Origin: a virus
Virus record (IMG/VR): IMGVR_UViG_3300046333_000090
Length of the DNA stretch: 64,000 nt
Direction: 5' to 3' (one strand)
Shown here: positions 47,910 to 59,030 of the stretch, in pieces
Layout: every line of letters begins with the position of its first letter
Numbering within the stretch: the stretch's first letter is position 1
Made by a program: the position numbers and the translations under genes
Notes under the pieces: model-generated
The model's input: the letters and a program-made list of their open reading frames with translations, nothing else
Databases searched by the model: none
What the model was told of the DNA's origin: nothing

Positions 47910-49238
47910 ATGCAGTTTGTTGGGGATTACTCATTAACCAATGTATTTTTATCAAACAAAGATAAAATAATAGATATCAAGGAGATGATCGCAGAGATCA
48001 ATATATATGAGTCGGTCAATAGTGTAGCTATCAGTGCAGATCTTACTATATCTGATAATAAGAATATATTAGAATCATTTCCTATAGTTGGTGGGGAATT
48101 TATTACTATATATGTTGGTACAAATAATGACAAATATGTATTAGATTTTGTAATATATAAAATAGATTCAAAAGTAATCTCAGAAAAAAGTCAAGTATAC
48201 ATTTTACGACTTTGTACTAAGGATACCATCACTAATGAAACTAGTAGGTTTAGTAGAAGATTCAAGAATAAATTTAGTGATGAGGTGACTAAAGACCTAC
48301 TAAAAAATTATATTAAAACTACTAAAAAGATTGATGTTGACCAAACCATTTACCCACTAAATTTTGTATCACCTAATTGGCGGGTGTTCGATCTTATTAC
48401 TTGGATGGCTAGGAAAAGTACAAGTATAAAGAATGTTCAATCTGCTGGATACCTTTTTTATGAAGGACTTGATTCTTACCACTACAAAAGTATAGATAAT
48501 TTGTTTGCTCAAACAAGTAAGAATGAGAACATACCATTTACTTATGTTCCTGCAAAAACAAGTACGGATGCTGATAAAAACTATAGAATCGTTAAATATG
48601 TGAGCGATTCATATTTTGATGTATTAGAACAATCCAGGATGGGGGCACTGTCCCATTTTAATGAGCGAATAGATTTTACTAGTAGAACCAAAACTCTTAC
48701 AAAAAGTACACTTAGTAGTATTTGGAAACACCAATCACACTTAGGTGGTGGTAATATTCCAGCACAGATAAACAATTTATTATTTGCTAATCCGTCAAGA
48801 GTAATATATACTCCAATAATTAATCAATTGTTTGGTGAATCTATTGTGTATGACGGAGACGACGATAAAATTAATAAGCTAATAAATCGCAGTGTATATA
48901 GATATACATCGATGGATTTCTTTACTATTAATATTGAGATCGCTGGTAATTTGGGTATTAGAGCGGGTGCTGTTTACACACTGAATATCCCTTCCCCCAA
49001 CCCAGATTCAAATGCCAACAGGAATAGACAAACAGATAATGATCTTAGTGGCAATTGGATGTGCCACAGCATAAAGACATCAATAAACCGTACTTCTACT
49101 ACCAGTATAGTAAGATTATGTAGGGACAGTGTAGGTGGAACAAAAATTCCTATTATAGGTACTTCTGCTAAAAGTATTAATAATGTAGATAGAAGTATTA
49201 TTGATACTGATATTAGGGAACTTAAAAATATAGTCTGA
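47910..49238 (+). CDS. baseplate hub / tail protein (gp27-like)
   Basis: IYES...PIVGGE, FV.PNW, YLFYE..D.Y.YKSIDNL and LSGNW; located upstream of gp5. Confidence 0.7.
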   Translation: MQFVGDYSLTNVFLSNKDKIIDIKEMIAEINIYESVNSVAISADLTISDNKNILESFPIVGGEFITIYVGTNNDKYVLDFVIYKIDSKVISEKSQVYILRLCTKDTITNETSRFSRRFKNKFSDEVTKDLLKNYIKTTKKIDVDQTIYPLNFVSPNWRVFDLITWMARKSTSIKNVQSAGYLFYEGLDSYHYKSIDNLFAQTSKNENIPFTYVPAKTSTDADKNYRIVKYVSDSYFDVLEQSRMGALSHFNERIDFTSRTKTLTKSTLSSIWKHQSHLGGGNIPAQINNLLFANPSRVIYTPIINQLFGESIVYDGDDDKINKLINRSVYRYTSMDFFTINIEIAGNLGIRAGAVYTLNIPSPNPDSNANRNRQTDNDLSGNWMCHSIKTSINRTSTTSIVRLCRDSVGGTKIPIIGTSAKSINNVDRSIIDTDIRELKNIV

Positions 49239-49352
49239 GCGGGGTCTAGAATGCTCTACAACGCATGATAACTCAAATAATGACTATTAGGACAACTCAT
49301 AAAAATAATGACCTTCTAATTGATTAGAAGGTCATTTTATTAAATTTAATAA
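49234..49352 (+). repeat. full dispersed cassette abutting the HNH 3' end
   Basis: CTGAGCGGGGTCTAGAATGCTCTACAACGCATGA...ATGACCTTCTAATTGATTAGAAGGTCAT..TATTAAATTTAATA. Confidence 0.88.
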
Positions 49353-49353
49353 A

Positions 49354-50049
49354 TTAGAACATAATAGGTTTATCCCAAGTAAGCTGATTTTCTATGTGTG
49401 TAGCAATTAATTGGTCTAGTTTTATCTGATGTTCTGGTTTGAATTGAATGGTAGAATCTGGCAACCAATTGTGAACTTCTTTGAGGTATCGTTCTGGACT
49501 GACTAATCCAGATTTTACTCCAAACTGATAATGCAAGTTCTGGAGATAATTCATATCTTCAGAACCAAAATTTATTCTCTCACTATTTCTAGGCATATGA
49601 ATTTGTGTTCTATAGCTACTACTACCATTATTATATATTGCACCAATAGGTAGTCCAGATGACTTCTTTCGTAATACTGTATTAAACCAATTAGTAACTA
49701 CTTCTAAATTAGTAAGTTTATTATTACTAGGATCGCCATCTATATGATTAATTACATAGTTATTATTAGTCTTGACTCCAAATACTAATTCATGAATATA
49801 TGTAGTTTGTCCATCTTTATGAGTATGAAATCTACCTCCACTATCAGGATTAAAATTATATAGTTTTAACAATTCTACTTTATCAAGATCTATAGAATTA
49901 GTATATAATTTACCAGATTTAGTATTGAGTAGATGTAATAGATCATCTACAAATAATTGATTATATGTAAGTTTTTGATTACTTTTATTGAGATTATGGT
50001 GAGGTTGATCGAATTGATAGAGATTTAAAATTTTACAGAAATGAATCAT
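49354..50049 (-). CDS. HNH endonuclease (longest member of the repeated family)
   Basis: YIHELVF...INHIDGDPSNNKLTNLEVVT; TGTGTTATAAT promoter upstream. Confidence 0.85.
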   Translation of the reverse strand: MIHFCKILNLYQFDQPHHNLNKSNQKLTYNQLFVDDLLHLLNTKSGKLYTNSIDLDKVELLKLYNFNPDSGGRFHTHKDGQTTYIHELVFGVKTNNNYVINHIDGDPSNNKLTNLEVVTNWFNTVLRKKSSGLPIGAIYNNGSSSYRTQIHMPRNSERINFGSEDMNYLQNLHYQFGVKSGLVSPERYLKEVHNWLPDSTIQFKPEHQIKLDQLIATHIENQLTWDKPIMF

Positions 50050-50125
50050 TTTAATACAATATAAACTGTATAATCATTATAACACAGATTTCATAAATAT
50101 GAATAGAATTACCAAATCATTGTAA

Positions 50126-52585
50126 ATGAATCCCAACTTCAATCACACAAATAACTTAACCCAAAGCAACTTTTTCTATGGCGTAATCGAAAGTACATCT
50201 GATGCCAGTGGGTTGCATAGAGTAAAAGTAAGGATCGTCGGTGTACATAGCGATGATAGAAAAATGTTACCTACTGAGGATCTACAGTGGAGTTTAGTCG
50301 CCAACAGTACAAACTCCACCGGAAAGCATACACTTAAACCAGGGAATTTTGTTGTATGCACATTTCTTGATGCAGATATGCAACAAGCTATTGTGCTATT
50401 TTCATTATTAAGTAAAATCAAACAAAAGGGGGTAGTACTGAACAGTATTCAAGATGCCCAAACCCCAGGGGGAGTATTCATAAACTACAATTCTCCGCCA
50501 TCGCCATCTACAGATAGCGATCAATCTATATATACAGGAACTATACCAGTAGAAACAATAGCCAAATCTCAAGATGGGGCAAATATAGGTAATCCGTTCG
50601 GCAAGAACACCCAAGCAATCGCAGCTAATGGTAAAAATGGTGGTACAGGAATGTTTGCCGATATCGAACGAGAAATCATCTCGTTGGGTAATATATTCAA
50701 ACACGTAGTGTTGTATGATACTGACGACATTACCTTATCCGCAGACATAGATAGCGAAATAGGTATCATACCACTGAGTAGAGTAAACAACATTCCAAAA
50801 TCAGGAATTATAAAAATCGGCGACGAAATAATCACTTATTCTGGTATAGCTGATACAGGATTGTCAGGGCAAATATTGAGAGGAAGTCCAGATAGAAATA
50901 GTATAATATCTACCAAAAAAGCAGAACATAAAGCTGGAGACATAGTAACTTGGATATACCCAAAAGTAAAGAACGACAAAGCACCATTATTTTATAGTCA
51001 ACTCACCGGACAAGCTATAGATTTCGCCAAAGAGATCAAAAAAAGGATGTCAGTAGTCAATGGATACATTACATGGTTAGTAAATAAAATTTCTAGTCAG
51101 ATTGTATCTACATTAAGTGAATTAATTGCTGGCATAACATTAGCACTCAAAACTCCTACTGCATTGATTGGTAAGATCATAGTAGATGCACTACTATTGG
51201 TTCTATCTCAAGTATTATGTTCTTTTGATAAGGCAACTGTTGACTCATTAGTACTATCAATAGAGCAATATATTACAGATCAAGTAACTACATTAATTAG
51301 GAGTTTTTATGAAAATGCCACAGCTATTCAACAGTTCATCAGTGATTGTACTAATAAAATATTTGATGCCGTATTACAATTTGCTAGTATTATTCAATCT
51401 ATTGGCAACCTAATTACAAATATTACAAGGATATTCCCTGGTGCTAGTGGCGAAGCTATTAAGGTAATCGACACTAATTCAGAACCGGATACTTTGAATA
51501 AGGATAAGGTAAATGGTATATCATTTCCGGATCTAACCAATACTGCAAATATCGTAGCAAAATTATTAAATTTTTTAGGATTGGGTTGTAAGCAAGAAGT
51601 TGGGGAAAATATTAATGTTCCTGAATGTGTGACTACTGGATATTTCCCACCAGCTAATTTATGCGATCCTAATCCTGACCTTATATCAGCACTGAATAAT
51701 TTGTGGCGACCTTTACCTCAGTTTATCACTAATTATGACTTTGGTGGTGGTCTGAAGGCTGAGTATGACGGTACGCCAGGGGTAGAGAGGACGTTATTGT
51801 CATCTCCTGCGGGTACTTATACAGAAGTGTTCAATGATGGAACTAGTCGCACAGTAATTTCCAAAGATTCGTATACACTCATTTTGAATGATAACAATAT
51901 CGAGATAAAAGGCAATTGCAATTGGAAAGTTGATGGTAATTTCGGTTTAAAAGTATCTGGGAATCTAGATTTGGAGGTTGGTAAAGAATTACGAATGTCT
52001 ATCGGTGGTAGTAGCAAGATTACATATGGCGGTTCACATAATACAATTTACGGTGGGGACAGTGTGATAAATGCGACAAATAAGTTGAATATAACTGGAA
52101 GTCAAATTGGGTTAGTTGCTTCTGGTGTAGTAGACATCAAAGGTGGAGTATTCGATGTACTTACCAGTGAGATCAATCTTACATCATCTGGTAGTTTGAG
52201 TTTGATTTCATTGCATAGTAATTTTGTTAGTGGGGTATCGCATAAGGAGATACATAGCGGAACCGTAGATAAACTTGTGGTTGGTTCGCAGAAAAAGATT
52301 AATCTTGGTAGTTACGTTGGTGACGCTATAGGAAATCATCAAACTAATTATATGAGTACTAAGACCTCTAACGTGGCAGGAATTCATACAATTACTAACA
52401 ATTCTTTGTACACCATTAGTAGTAATATTAAAACAGAAAAAGTAGAGCAATTAAGTACATTTAATACAAAAGTACTACAAATTAACGCAAATAATAAAAT
52501 TGAGACAATCAACGGTAGTAGTCTTAACTATGCAAATGGCTTGGCATTGCGTCAAACTAGTGGGGGTATAAACATGGATTCCTGA
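50126..52585 (+). CDS. 5: baseplate central spike (T4 gp5-like)
   Basis: OB-fold G.IE..D..RVKVRIVG.H..L.W; D.TPG.ER; C-terminal beta-helix repeats; no recognisable lysozyme domain. Confidence 0.82.
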   Translation: MNPNFNHTNNLTQSNFFYGVIESTSDASGLHRVKVRIVGVHSDDRKMLPTEDLQWSLVANSTNSTGKHTLKPGNFVVCTFLDADMQQAIVLFSLLSKIKQKGVVLNSIQDAQTPGGVFINYNSPPSPSTDSDQSIYTGTIPVETIAKSQDGANIGNPFGKNTQAIAANGKNGGTGMFADIEREIISLGNIFKHVVLYDTDDITLSADIDSEIGIIPLSRVNNIPKSGIIKIGDEIITYSGIADTGLSGQILRGSPDRNSIISTKKAEHKAGDIVTWIYPKVKNDKAPLFYSQLTGQAIDFAKEIKKRMSVVNGYITWLVNKISSQIVSTLSELIAGITLALKTPTALIGKIIVDALLLVLSQVLCSFDKATVDSLVLSIEQYITDQVTTLIRSFYENATAIQQFISDCTNKIFDAVLQFASIIQSIGNLITNITRIFPGASGEAIKVIDTNSEPDTLNKDKVNGISFPDLTNTANIVAKLLNFLGLGCKQEVGENINVPECVTTGYFPPANLCDPNPDLISALNNLWRPLPQFITNYDFGGGLKAEYDGTPGVERTLLSSPAGTYTEVFNDGTSRTVISKDSYTLILNDNNIEIKGNCNWKVDGNFGLKVSGNLDLEVGKELRMSIGGSSKITYGGSHNTIYGGDSVINATNKLNITGSQIGLVASGVVDIKGGVFDVLTSEINLTSSGSLSLISLHSNFVSGVSHKEIHSGTVDKLVVGSQKKINLGSYVGDAIGNHQTNYMSTKTSNVAGIHTITNNSLYTISSNIKTEKVEQLSTFNTKVLQINANNKIETINGSSLNYANGLALRQTSGGINMDS

Positions 52586-52587
52586 TA

Positions 52588-52712
52588 ACATACGCTGAGA
52601 GGGGGATAGGATGCCCCTCAACATATGAAAAACAGAAATATGACTACTGGCATCAAATCATAAAAATAATGACTTCCTAATTAATTTTAGAAGGTCATTA
52701 TTAAATTTAATA
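52588..52712 (+). repeat. full dispersed cassette
   Basis: CGCTGAGAGGGGGATAGGATGCCCCTCAACATATGA..AATATGACTACT, then hairpin and palindrome. Confidence 0.85.
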
Positions 52713-52933
52713 TTTAATAATGTTGCATACATCCAATAAATGTGTTATAATGATTATAACCTACGCCAGTCTTACATGATTGTCTTAAAAGTGAGAAAAT
52801 CTGTCAACAACATTATTAACAACCATTATTGGTTTCCTAAAATTTTGTATCAGATCGGCACCAGCAAAATTAAAATTTATATGTTATACTAGTAGCATAT
52901 CGAAAAAATAAGCAAATTATATGTATATACCCC

Positions 52934-53140
52934 ATGACAGAAGATACAGCCATACTAGAACGAGTGATATTCGACATTTCATTAAGAGAGGTATGTTTTA
53001 TCTCAGATACAGCAAACCCACGATATATATCATGGAATAATACAGAAGAATTTATGAGAATATGGCGTGAGTGTCAAAGTATTAAAGATAATGTTGAGAT
53101 CTCATATACCTTTCGCACAAAGGATAGGCCGACTAAATAG
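52934..53140 (+). CDS. hypothetical protein
   Basis: 68-aa ORF. Confidence 0.55.
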   Translation: MTEDTAILERVIFDISLREVCFISDTANPRYISWNNTEEFMRIWRECQSIKDNVEISYTFRTKDRPTK

Positions 53141-53166
53141 TATATATTATTAAATTTAATAAAACT

Positions 53167-53346
53167 ATGGCTAAGAAGGTTGCTACAATTAATATCAAGA
53201 CATATGAGGTAGAGGTGTTCGATCATAATGCCTCAGTAGGAAAACGAAAGGGGACAATTGCTATCAGCCATGCTAATGAATTTGTGTCAATCGTAAAATC
53301 ATTACAAAAGAATGATACTGAGTACCAATTGAAGTACGTTAGATAA
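53167..53346 (+). CDS. hypothetical protein (59 aa)
   Basis: MAKKVATINIKTYEVEVF..., directly after the palindrome. Confidence 0.55.
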   Translation: MAKKVATINIKTYEVEVFDHNASVGKRKGTIAISHANEFVSIVKSLQKNDTEYQLKYVR

Positions 53347-53420
53347 TCTTTATTATCTCTTAAAATACTCACTCTACATTTAGTGTAGGGTGAGTATTTT
53401 TAATAAATAGGAATATACAT

Positions 53421-53542
53421 ATTAAATTTAATAAACCCGTTCTAGAATGCGTTAGAACGGGTTTATTTTTATATTTTAATACTAGTAGTCGTATTTATGG
53501 TTATCATGCCTTGTAGGGTATACTAAAACCATCTTAAAGTAT
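53421..53542 (-). repeat. dispersed cassette, minus orientation
   Basis: Palindrome, AAACCCGTTCTA..TAGAACGGGTTT hairpin and ACTAGTAGTCGTATTTATGG..CATGCCTTGTAGGGTAT. Confidence 0.75.
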
Positions 53543-53624
53543 AATCGGTTTGCTCCAATATAAATTATATAATAATTATAACATAAATATAGTTAATGCA
53601 ATTAAATATATATATACATATAAT

Positions 53625-56600
53625 ATGAGTATAAGTCGGATACCACCAGAAGGACTGGAATCAGGAAATAAAGTAAATTTATCAAATATTAATGCTTCTG
53701 CTCCAAATATAGTACCACCAATTAATTTTTTCAATGATCTTGGTACTGGTATATTTTCACCAGAACCAGGAGTAGTAGGAGTGGCATCACAAGGGAAAGA
53801 GTTACTGCGGTTTACTCCTGCTGGTATTACTGCTGGTGGATCTATCTACGGTGGGCAAAATCCTGACTTCACTAGCAGTAATGTAGTATTATACGTGAAT
53901 ATTGGCGACAAGAATTGTACTGATTCTGTACTGAATACTGGTGGTAACTTGAATGCTCCATTTAAAACTATTGAACGGGCATTACTAGAAGCAGCAAAAC
54001 GGTCATTTGTATCTGGATTAAATAATGATAAAAATAATGGGTATACTATAATAGTGTATCCTGGGGAATATTTGGTAGATAACCGACCAGGATTAAAGTC
54101 ACAAACATTGATTGCAAATATTGTAAATTTAGAAACAGAACTGTATAAATTTAACCCCGTAGGTGGTGGGTTAATTGTCCCCAGAGGTACGTCTATAATC
54201 GCCATAGACCCACGGAAAACAGTTATTAAACCTAAGTATGTACCAGATCCTACCGTGACGGTGCCAGGGGTCATGTTTGATGGGGCGAATCTGATTGAAA
54301 AAAATAGAGGATATATAATAGAACAAACATATCTACAAATATTGCAAGACTATCCATCAATAGTAAATATAAATCTAACATGTAAACGAGATATAGGATT
54401 TATATTGACCGCGATAACTGAAGATTTAAAAAATGGTGGTAATACTAATAGTTTTATGGCTGGAGAAGCCTATATAGATGGCACCAGTATCGTATATTTG
54501 AGTGGTAGTGAAGTGCTAGTAACTATCGCAGCAATAGAAAAAATAAAACAATTAGCTATAGCTACTGTATTAAATAACTGGACATCTGTAGTAGAAATAA
54601 CAGTAAACAAAACTATTAATAGATATGTGCCAACAGTAGTAATAGATTATGCTGCTAATGGGGATTGTTCATCTGTGGCATCAGCAATTGATAGTTTAAG
54701 TAATATTATCATTGGAATTATATCAGATCCAGTTGGTTATGCTAGTACATTTGTTAAGACTAATGGTATATATGATTCTACTCCAATTTTTAAAGTAACT
54801 GGTTCCACCTACTTTGCAAATCTAACATTTAGTGATGCCAAAATAACACCATACAAAGCTGTATCATATACTGGTGATATTCCCGCATTTGTGATTGCTA
54901 CGAATGCACAATATTCACATAATAAACTAGTAGCATTCGGTTTTGTAGAACAAAGAAATGCCTATGGTGAATTGACAGAATATTATAAAAAAATTAATAC
55001 TTGGGATCTAGTTGTTGACGGTGGCGGCAATAGAGAAGTATTAGTGGATGAATATACAATTGTATCCAAATTATCATCACCAAACTCTGTTAAAGGTGCA
55101 TCCCCCTATGTATTTGGTTGTGCAGTCAGATCGATATATGGGTTAAATGGATTATTAGTAGATGGTAAAAAAGTAGCAAATGATAGTTTTAAATCATTTG
55201 TACTTGCTCAATTCACCACCATCTCATTGCAATTAGATCCGAATGCTTTTATTGGCGATCCTACTGATGCGATAGATTCTACCAATTATGCGCCAAATTA
55301 TAAACATTACGCTTATAAAGTAATAAATAATGCTTATGCCCAAATAGTAAGTTGTTTTGCAATTGGACAAGCACAACAATTTGTAACGGAAACTGGTGGA
55401 GAAGTAAGTATTAATAATAGTACTTCCAACTTCGGTGGAGTATCTTTATATTCTTCTGGCAATTCTCCATATCCATTAAATCAAGATATTGGTCATAATA
55501 TTCTGAAATTGATTCCCCCAAAATTGATTGGTAGTGATTATAGAAGATTAGTTGTTGGTGGATTAGATACAACAAGTACTAATCTGTTTCAATTATATGT
55601 AAATAATTTGAATGACAATAATGGGAATATTATATTCCCACTGAATTCTTACTTTTATGTGGCAGTACCGAATCCACAAAATCCTTCCCAAATATTGAAA
55701 TTACAAGTTAAATTAAATGCAACTGGGTCAAATTCTGGTATTTTTTCTGTTTATGATTATGGAGATTCAAATACAGAAAATACTTTAGCCTTGTATATGT
55801 TTTGTGTTGGGGGTTATCGATTTGAATCTTCTTGGTACGATTCTAATGATCCAAGACCTATTGGAGTTCAAGCGGCTAGCGAAAGTGATAGACGCAGACA
55901 AGAAATTAATAATAGTGATGTTTTTGTAGAAAGATTAGTAGATGACCGAACAGTAGATGAAAAAAATTATTCGTTTTTAGTAGTATCACCATCTACTATC
56001 AGATTGCCTACCAACAACTATATTGTTTCTCAATTGTCCGTGGATAATAATACGGTTGTCAATAAGTATTTTGTTACAAATATTGCGGCAGTAGCAGCTA
56101 ACCAAGTCACTAACAATTATACTACTCAAGGTAATTTGACTACATTGAAAATATTACGAGCGAACAGATTCTCTACACTTAACGATCAATATCCTGATAA
56201 CATTGCAGATCTTAATCCTAGTAGTGCGTATACATTGCTGACTAATAATCTCGATCCACGATTATATACTGATACTACTGCGGTTTCTATAGACAATACA
56301 AATATTAGTTATCTGAGTGTAAAGCAATTACTTTTAGATTTTGGATATTCTACTATTGATGTGGACACATTGTTATTACCAAATGGAGGTACAACATTAC
56401 TGACCAGAGTTAGAAGTTTTATTACTAATGGTAACACTAATAGTACACTCACTGGAGCAGCTATTAAATTTAATATGTTGAAACCATCGATATTGAGATG
56501 TAGTAATCATACATGGGAATATGTAGGATATAAAAATTATACTACCGCATTACCTCAGCTACAAGTAAATATTCTATCAACTGCTGCTAAGTATAAAGCT

Positions 56601-57365
56601 ATTCAGACATCTGTTAATGGGGGAGTAGTATATGCAACAGGTATGGATGAGGTTGGTAATTTATATCAAGGCAATAGTGTAATCAGTCTTGCTGACGGAA
56701 GTACTAATGATGTTAGATTTGATGGGGTGGTTAATAGTGTTGGTACAGGTAGTGCTAATAAATACTTCACTGATATAGTAGTCAACAATACTGCTAAAAT
56801 CAATATTGCTAGTATTAACACATTGACTAGTACTTTATTGCAATTTAATTCATCTTCGGCATTGAAAATGAATCTTGGTGGGGTACTTTCTGATCTGGTT
56901 GATACAAATATTCCTATAGGATTAAGAGCAACTGCTGATAAATATGGATTGGTTCGTAAAGCAACTGCGGTAGAATTATCAACTAATACTGGTGGTGGCT
57001 ACGTGACTCCACCAGATATAGCTGGTGTTGCTAGGGGAATTACATACGGTAGTTATCATTTTATATTTGGTAACATACAGATGATATGGGGGGAAATGTA
57101 TATGGAGAGAGATAATGTTAGGGATAATGGTGGTGCCCCTTGGGATGATGGTGGCGCAGCATTATGGGGCGGACTTTATAATAGTCCTGGGATGCAACCA
57201 TTTATTGACGTACTATCTGTTTCTGGTACATCAGATAAATTAATTGTACTTCAGGTTGTGCCAGGATTAACGGGGTTAACTGGATATGGGGATTCAGTTA
57301 ACGGGGTTAATCAAGGAAGTGGTGCTGTCTTTAAATATTTTGTGGTTGGTACAATTGCATTATAA
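53625..57365 (+). CDS. long tail fibre / virion structural protein
   Basis: VLYVN...PFKTIERALLEAA, ASPYVFGC.VRS.YG and RCSNHTWEYVGY, of cyanomyovirus fibre type. Confidence 0.78.
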   Translation: MSISRIPPEGLESGNKVNLSNINASAPNIVPPINFFNDLGTGIFSPEPGVVGVASQGKELLRFTPAGITAGGSIYGGQNPDFTSSNVVLYVNIGDKNCTDSVLNTGGNLNAPFKTIERALLEAAKRSFVSGLNNDKNNGYTIIVYPGEYLVDNRPGLKSQTLIANIVNLETELYKFNPVGGGLIVPRGTSIIAIDPRKTVIKPKYVPDPTVTVPGVMFDGANLIEKNRGYIIEQTYLQILQDYPSIVNINLTCKRDIGFILTAITEDLKNGGNTNSFMAGEAYIDGTSIVYLSGSEVLVTIAAIEKIKQLAIATVLNNWTSVVEITVNKTINRYVPTVVIDYAANGDCSSVASAIDSLSNIIIGIISDPVGYASTFVKTNGIYDSTPIFKVTGSTYFANLTFSDAKITPYKAVSYTGDIPAFVIATNAQYSHNKLVAFGFVEQRNAYGELTEYYKKINTWDLVVDGGGNREVLVDEYTIVSKLSSPNSVKGASPYVFGCAVRSIYGLNGLLVDGKKVANDSFKSFVLAQFTTISLQLDPNAFIGDPTDAIDSTNYAPNYKHYAYKVINNAYAQIVSCFAIGQAQQFVTETGGEVSINNSTSNFGGVSLYSSGNSPYPLNQDIGHNILKLIPPKLIGSDYRRLVVGGLDTTSTNLFQLYVNNLNDNNGNIIFPLNSYFYVAVPNPQNPSQILKLQVKLNATGSNSGIFSVYDYGDSNTENTLALYMFCVGGYRFESSWYDSNDPRPIGVQAASESDRRRQEINNSDVFVERLVDDRTVDEKNYSFLVVSPSTIRLPTNNYIVSQLSVDNNTVVNKYFVTNIAAVAANQVTNNYTTQGNLTTLKILRANRFSTLNDQYPDNIADLNPSSAYTLLTNNLDPRLYTDTTAVSIDNTNISYLSVKQLLLDFGYSTIDVDTLLLPNGGTTLLTRVRSFITNGNTNSTLTGAAIKFNMLKPSILRCSNHTWEYVGYKNYTTALPQLQVNILSTAAKYKAIQTSVNGGVVYATGMDEVGNLYQGNSVISLADGSTNDVRFDGVVNSVGTGSANKYFTDIVVNNTAKINIASINTLTSTLLQFNSSSALKMNLGGVLSDLVDTNIPIGLRATADKYGLVRKATAVELSTNTGGGYVTPPDIAGVARGITYGSYHFIFGNIQMIWGEMYMERDNVRDNGGAPWDDGGAALWGGLYNSPGMQPFIDVLSVSGTSDKLIVLQVVPGLTGLTGYGDSVNGVNQGSGAVFKYFVVGTIAL

Positions 57366-57406
57366 GAATTATATAAATATTAATATTAATATTAAAAATA
57401 TAAAAT

Positions 57407-59020
57407 ATGGCAGTCAACTCAAGATTTAAAATTAGAAGAAGTACCACATATAATGGTGCTGTATCAGCTATCCCCGCAGCAGTCGCGGAACTAGTTCACA
57501 TTACCACCAACGCCAACAACTATGTCACTAGAGTAGGACATAAATTGTATGTTGGTGTGGGTACTGAAATTGCCGGACAAGCATCCGAATTTGAGTCTAT
57601 TGGTGGACAGTACTATACTCAGCTTCTAGATGGTGTAGCTGGGGTTCTCAATCCTTCTGCTGCAATTATTACTGATGCAAATAGTCGCATTTCTGGCTTG
57701 AATATTGCTAGTGCTGGTACACTGGCACTCAACAACACTGCAAACACCTTTAGCACCACAATTAAAGCTGCTCCTGGTCTAGCTGCAAACTATGCACTAA
57801 CCCTACCTACTGTAGTTGGTTCTCCTGGGCAAGCACTATTGACTGATGGTACAGGTATATTATCTTGGGGTGCCCCAGCAAACAACATTAACAGCACTAT
57901 TCCTCTTAACACTACTGCTGCGTATGTATTGGCTGACACTGGTGCTAATACATATTTACAAATTAATACTAACACTGGTGCTAATGCTATCACCATTGGT
58001 AACATCATTACTACTCAAGGTACTGTAGTAAAACCAAATACCACTGCTGCGTACACGATTACTGATGGTACAAATACCTTTTTAAGAATCAATACCACTA
58101 CTGTAACACCATTAACTATTCTGGGTTTTGGTAACGTAGATGTAACCAACACCTTAACTGTTACTGGTGGTGTCCTTGCAACTGGTGCCGCTACCTCTAG
58201 CGTATTCAATACTGTAGCTACCACATTATCTATTGGTGGTGCTGCTACATCTGTAAGTATTGGTGCTGCTACTGGCACTACTACTGTTAATAACGGGTTA
58301 TTTATTGGTCTTGGTAGTATTACTACACTAGCTACCACTGCTTCTGTTTTTAATACTACTGCTATTACCTTAAACATTGGTGGTGCAGCTACCGTTGTCA
58401 ATATTGGTGCGGTCACTGGCACCACTACCGTAAGAAATAATTTGGCTGTGACTGGTGGTGGTATTAGCACTACTGCTCTTACCGCTAGTGTTTTTAACAC
58501 TACCGCTACTACAGTAAACCTTGCTGGTGCGGCAACTACCGTAACTATTGGTGCGGGTACTGGTACTACTTCTGTTAATAACAACTTAGTGGTAGCGGGG
58601 AACTTAACTGTTAGTGGGACAACTACTACATTTAATGCAGTCAATGTTTCTGTTCAAGATAGCATCATTCAACAAGGTCTAGTTGGTGGTGCTGCTCCTA
58701 CAGTAGCTACTACATTTGATTTAGGTGCCAAATATAGTTATTTTGATACTACTGCTAAAAATTCTGCTTTTTTCTTCCAGCGGACTAGTAGACGATTTGT
58801 ATTAGCGAATAACTCTACGGAAGCGGCCAGTGTCATTTCTGTCGCTACTCCAACAATCAGCAACACCGATTATGCTCCCCTTGTACTCGGTTCTCTGTAT
58901 TTGAACGATGAGGCGTGTTCGGTGTTAGGAACGGCGGAACCAGTGATCGCATACCGGACAAATAATGGTGTAACTGGCAGATTTTTGGATGGAGTAATTT
59001 TAGACGCGGGGATTTTCTAG
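57407..59020 (+). CDS. tail fibre protein with T/G/A-rich repeats
   Basis: Three ~43-aa repeats (SVFNTTATT..IGGAAT.V.IGA.TGTTTV.N) and GNLTVSGTTT; late promoter at 57372-57379. Confidence 0.78.
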   Translation: MAVNSRFKIRRSTTYNGAVSAIPAAVAELVHITTNANNYVTRVGHKLYVGVGTEIAGQASEFESIGGQYYTQLLDGVAGVLNPSAAIITDANSRISGLNIASAGTLALNNTANTFSTTIKAAPGLAANYALTLPTVVGSPGQALLTDGTGILSWGAPANNINSTIPLNTTAAYVLADTGANTYLQINTNTGANAITIGNIITTQGTVVKPNTTAAYTITDGTNTFLRINTTTVTPLTILGFGNVDVTNTLTVTGGVLATGAATSSVFNTVATTLSIGGAATSVSIGAATGTTTVNNGLFIGLGSITTLATTASVFNTTAITLNIGGAATVVNIGAVTGTTTVRNNLAVTGGGISTTALTASVFNTTATTVNLAGAATTVTIGAGTGTTSVNNNLVVAGNLTVSGTTTTFNAVNVSVQDSIIQQGLVGGAAPTVATTFDLGAKYSYFDTTAKNSAFFFQRTSRRFVLANNSTEAASVISVATPTISNTDYAPLVLGSLYLNDEACSVLGTAEPVIAYRTNNGVTGRFLDGVILDAGIF

Positions 59021-59030
59021 TAATATATAA

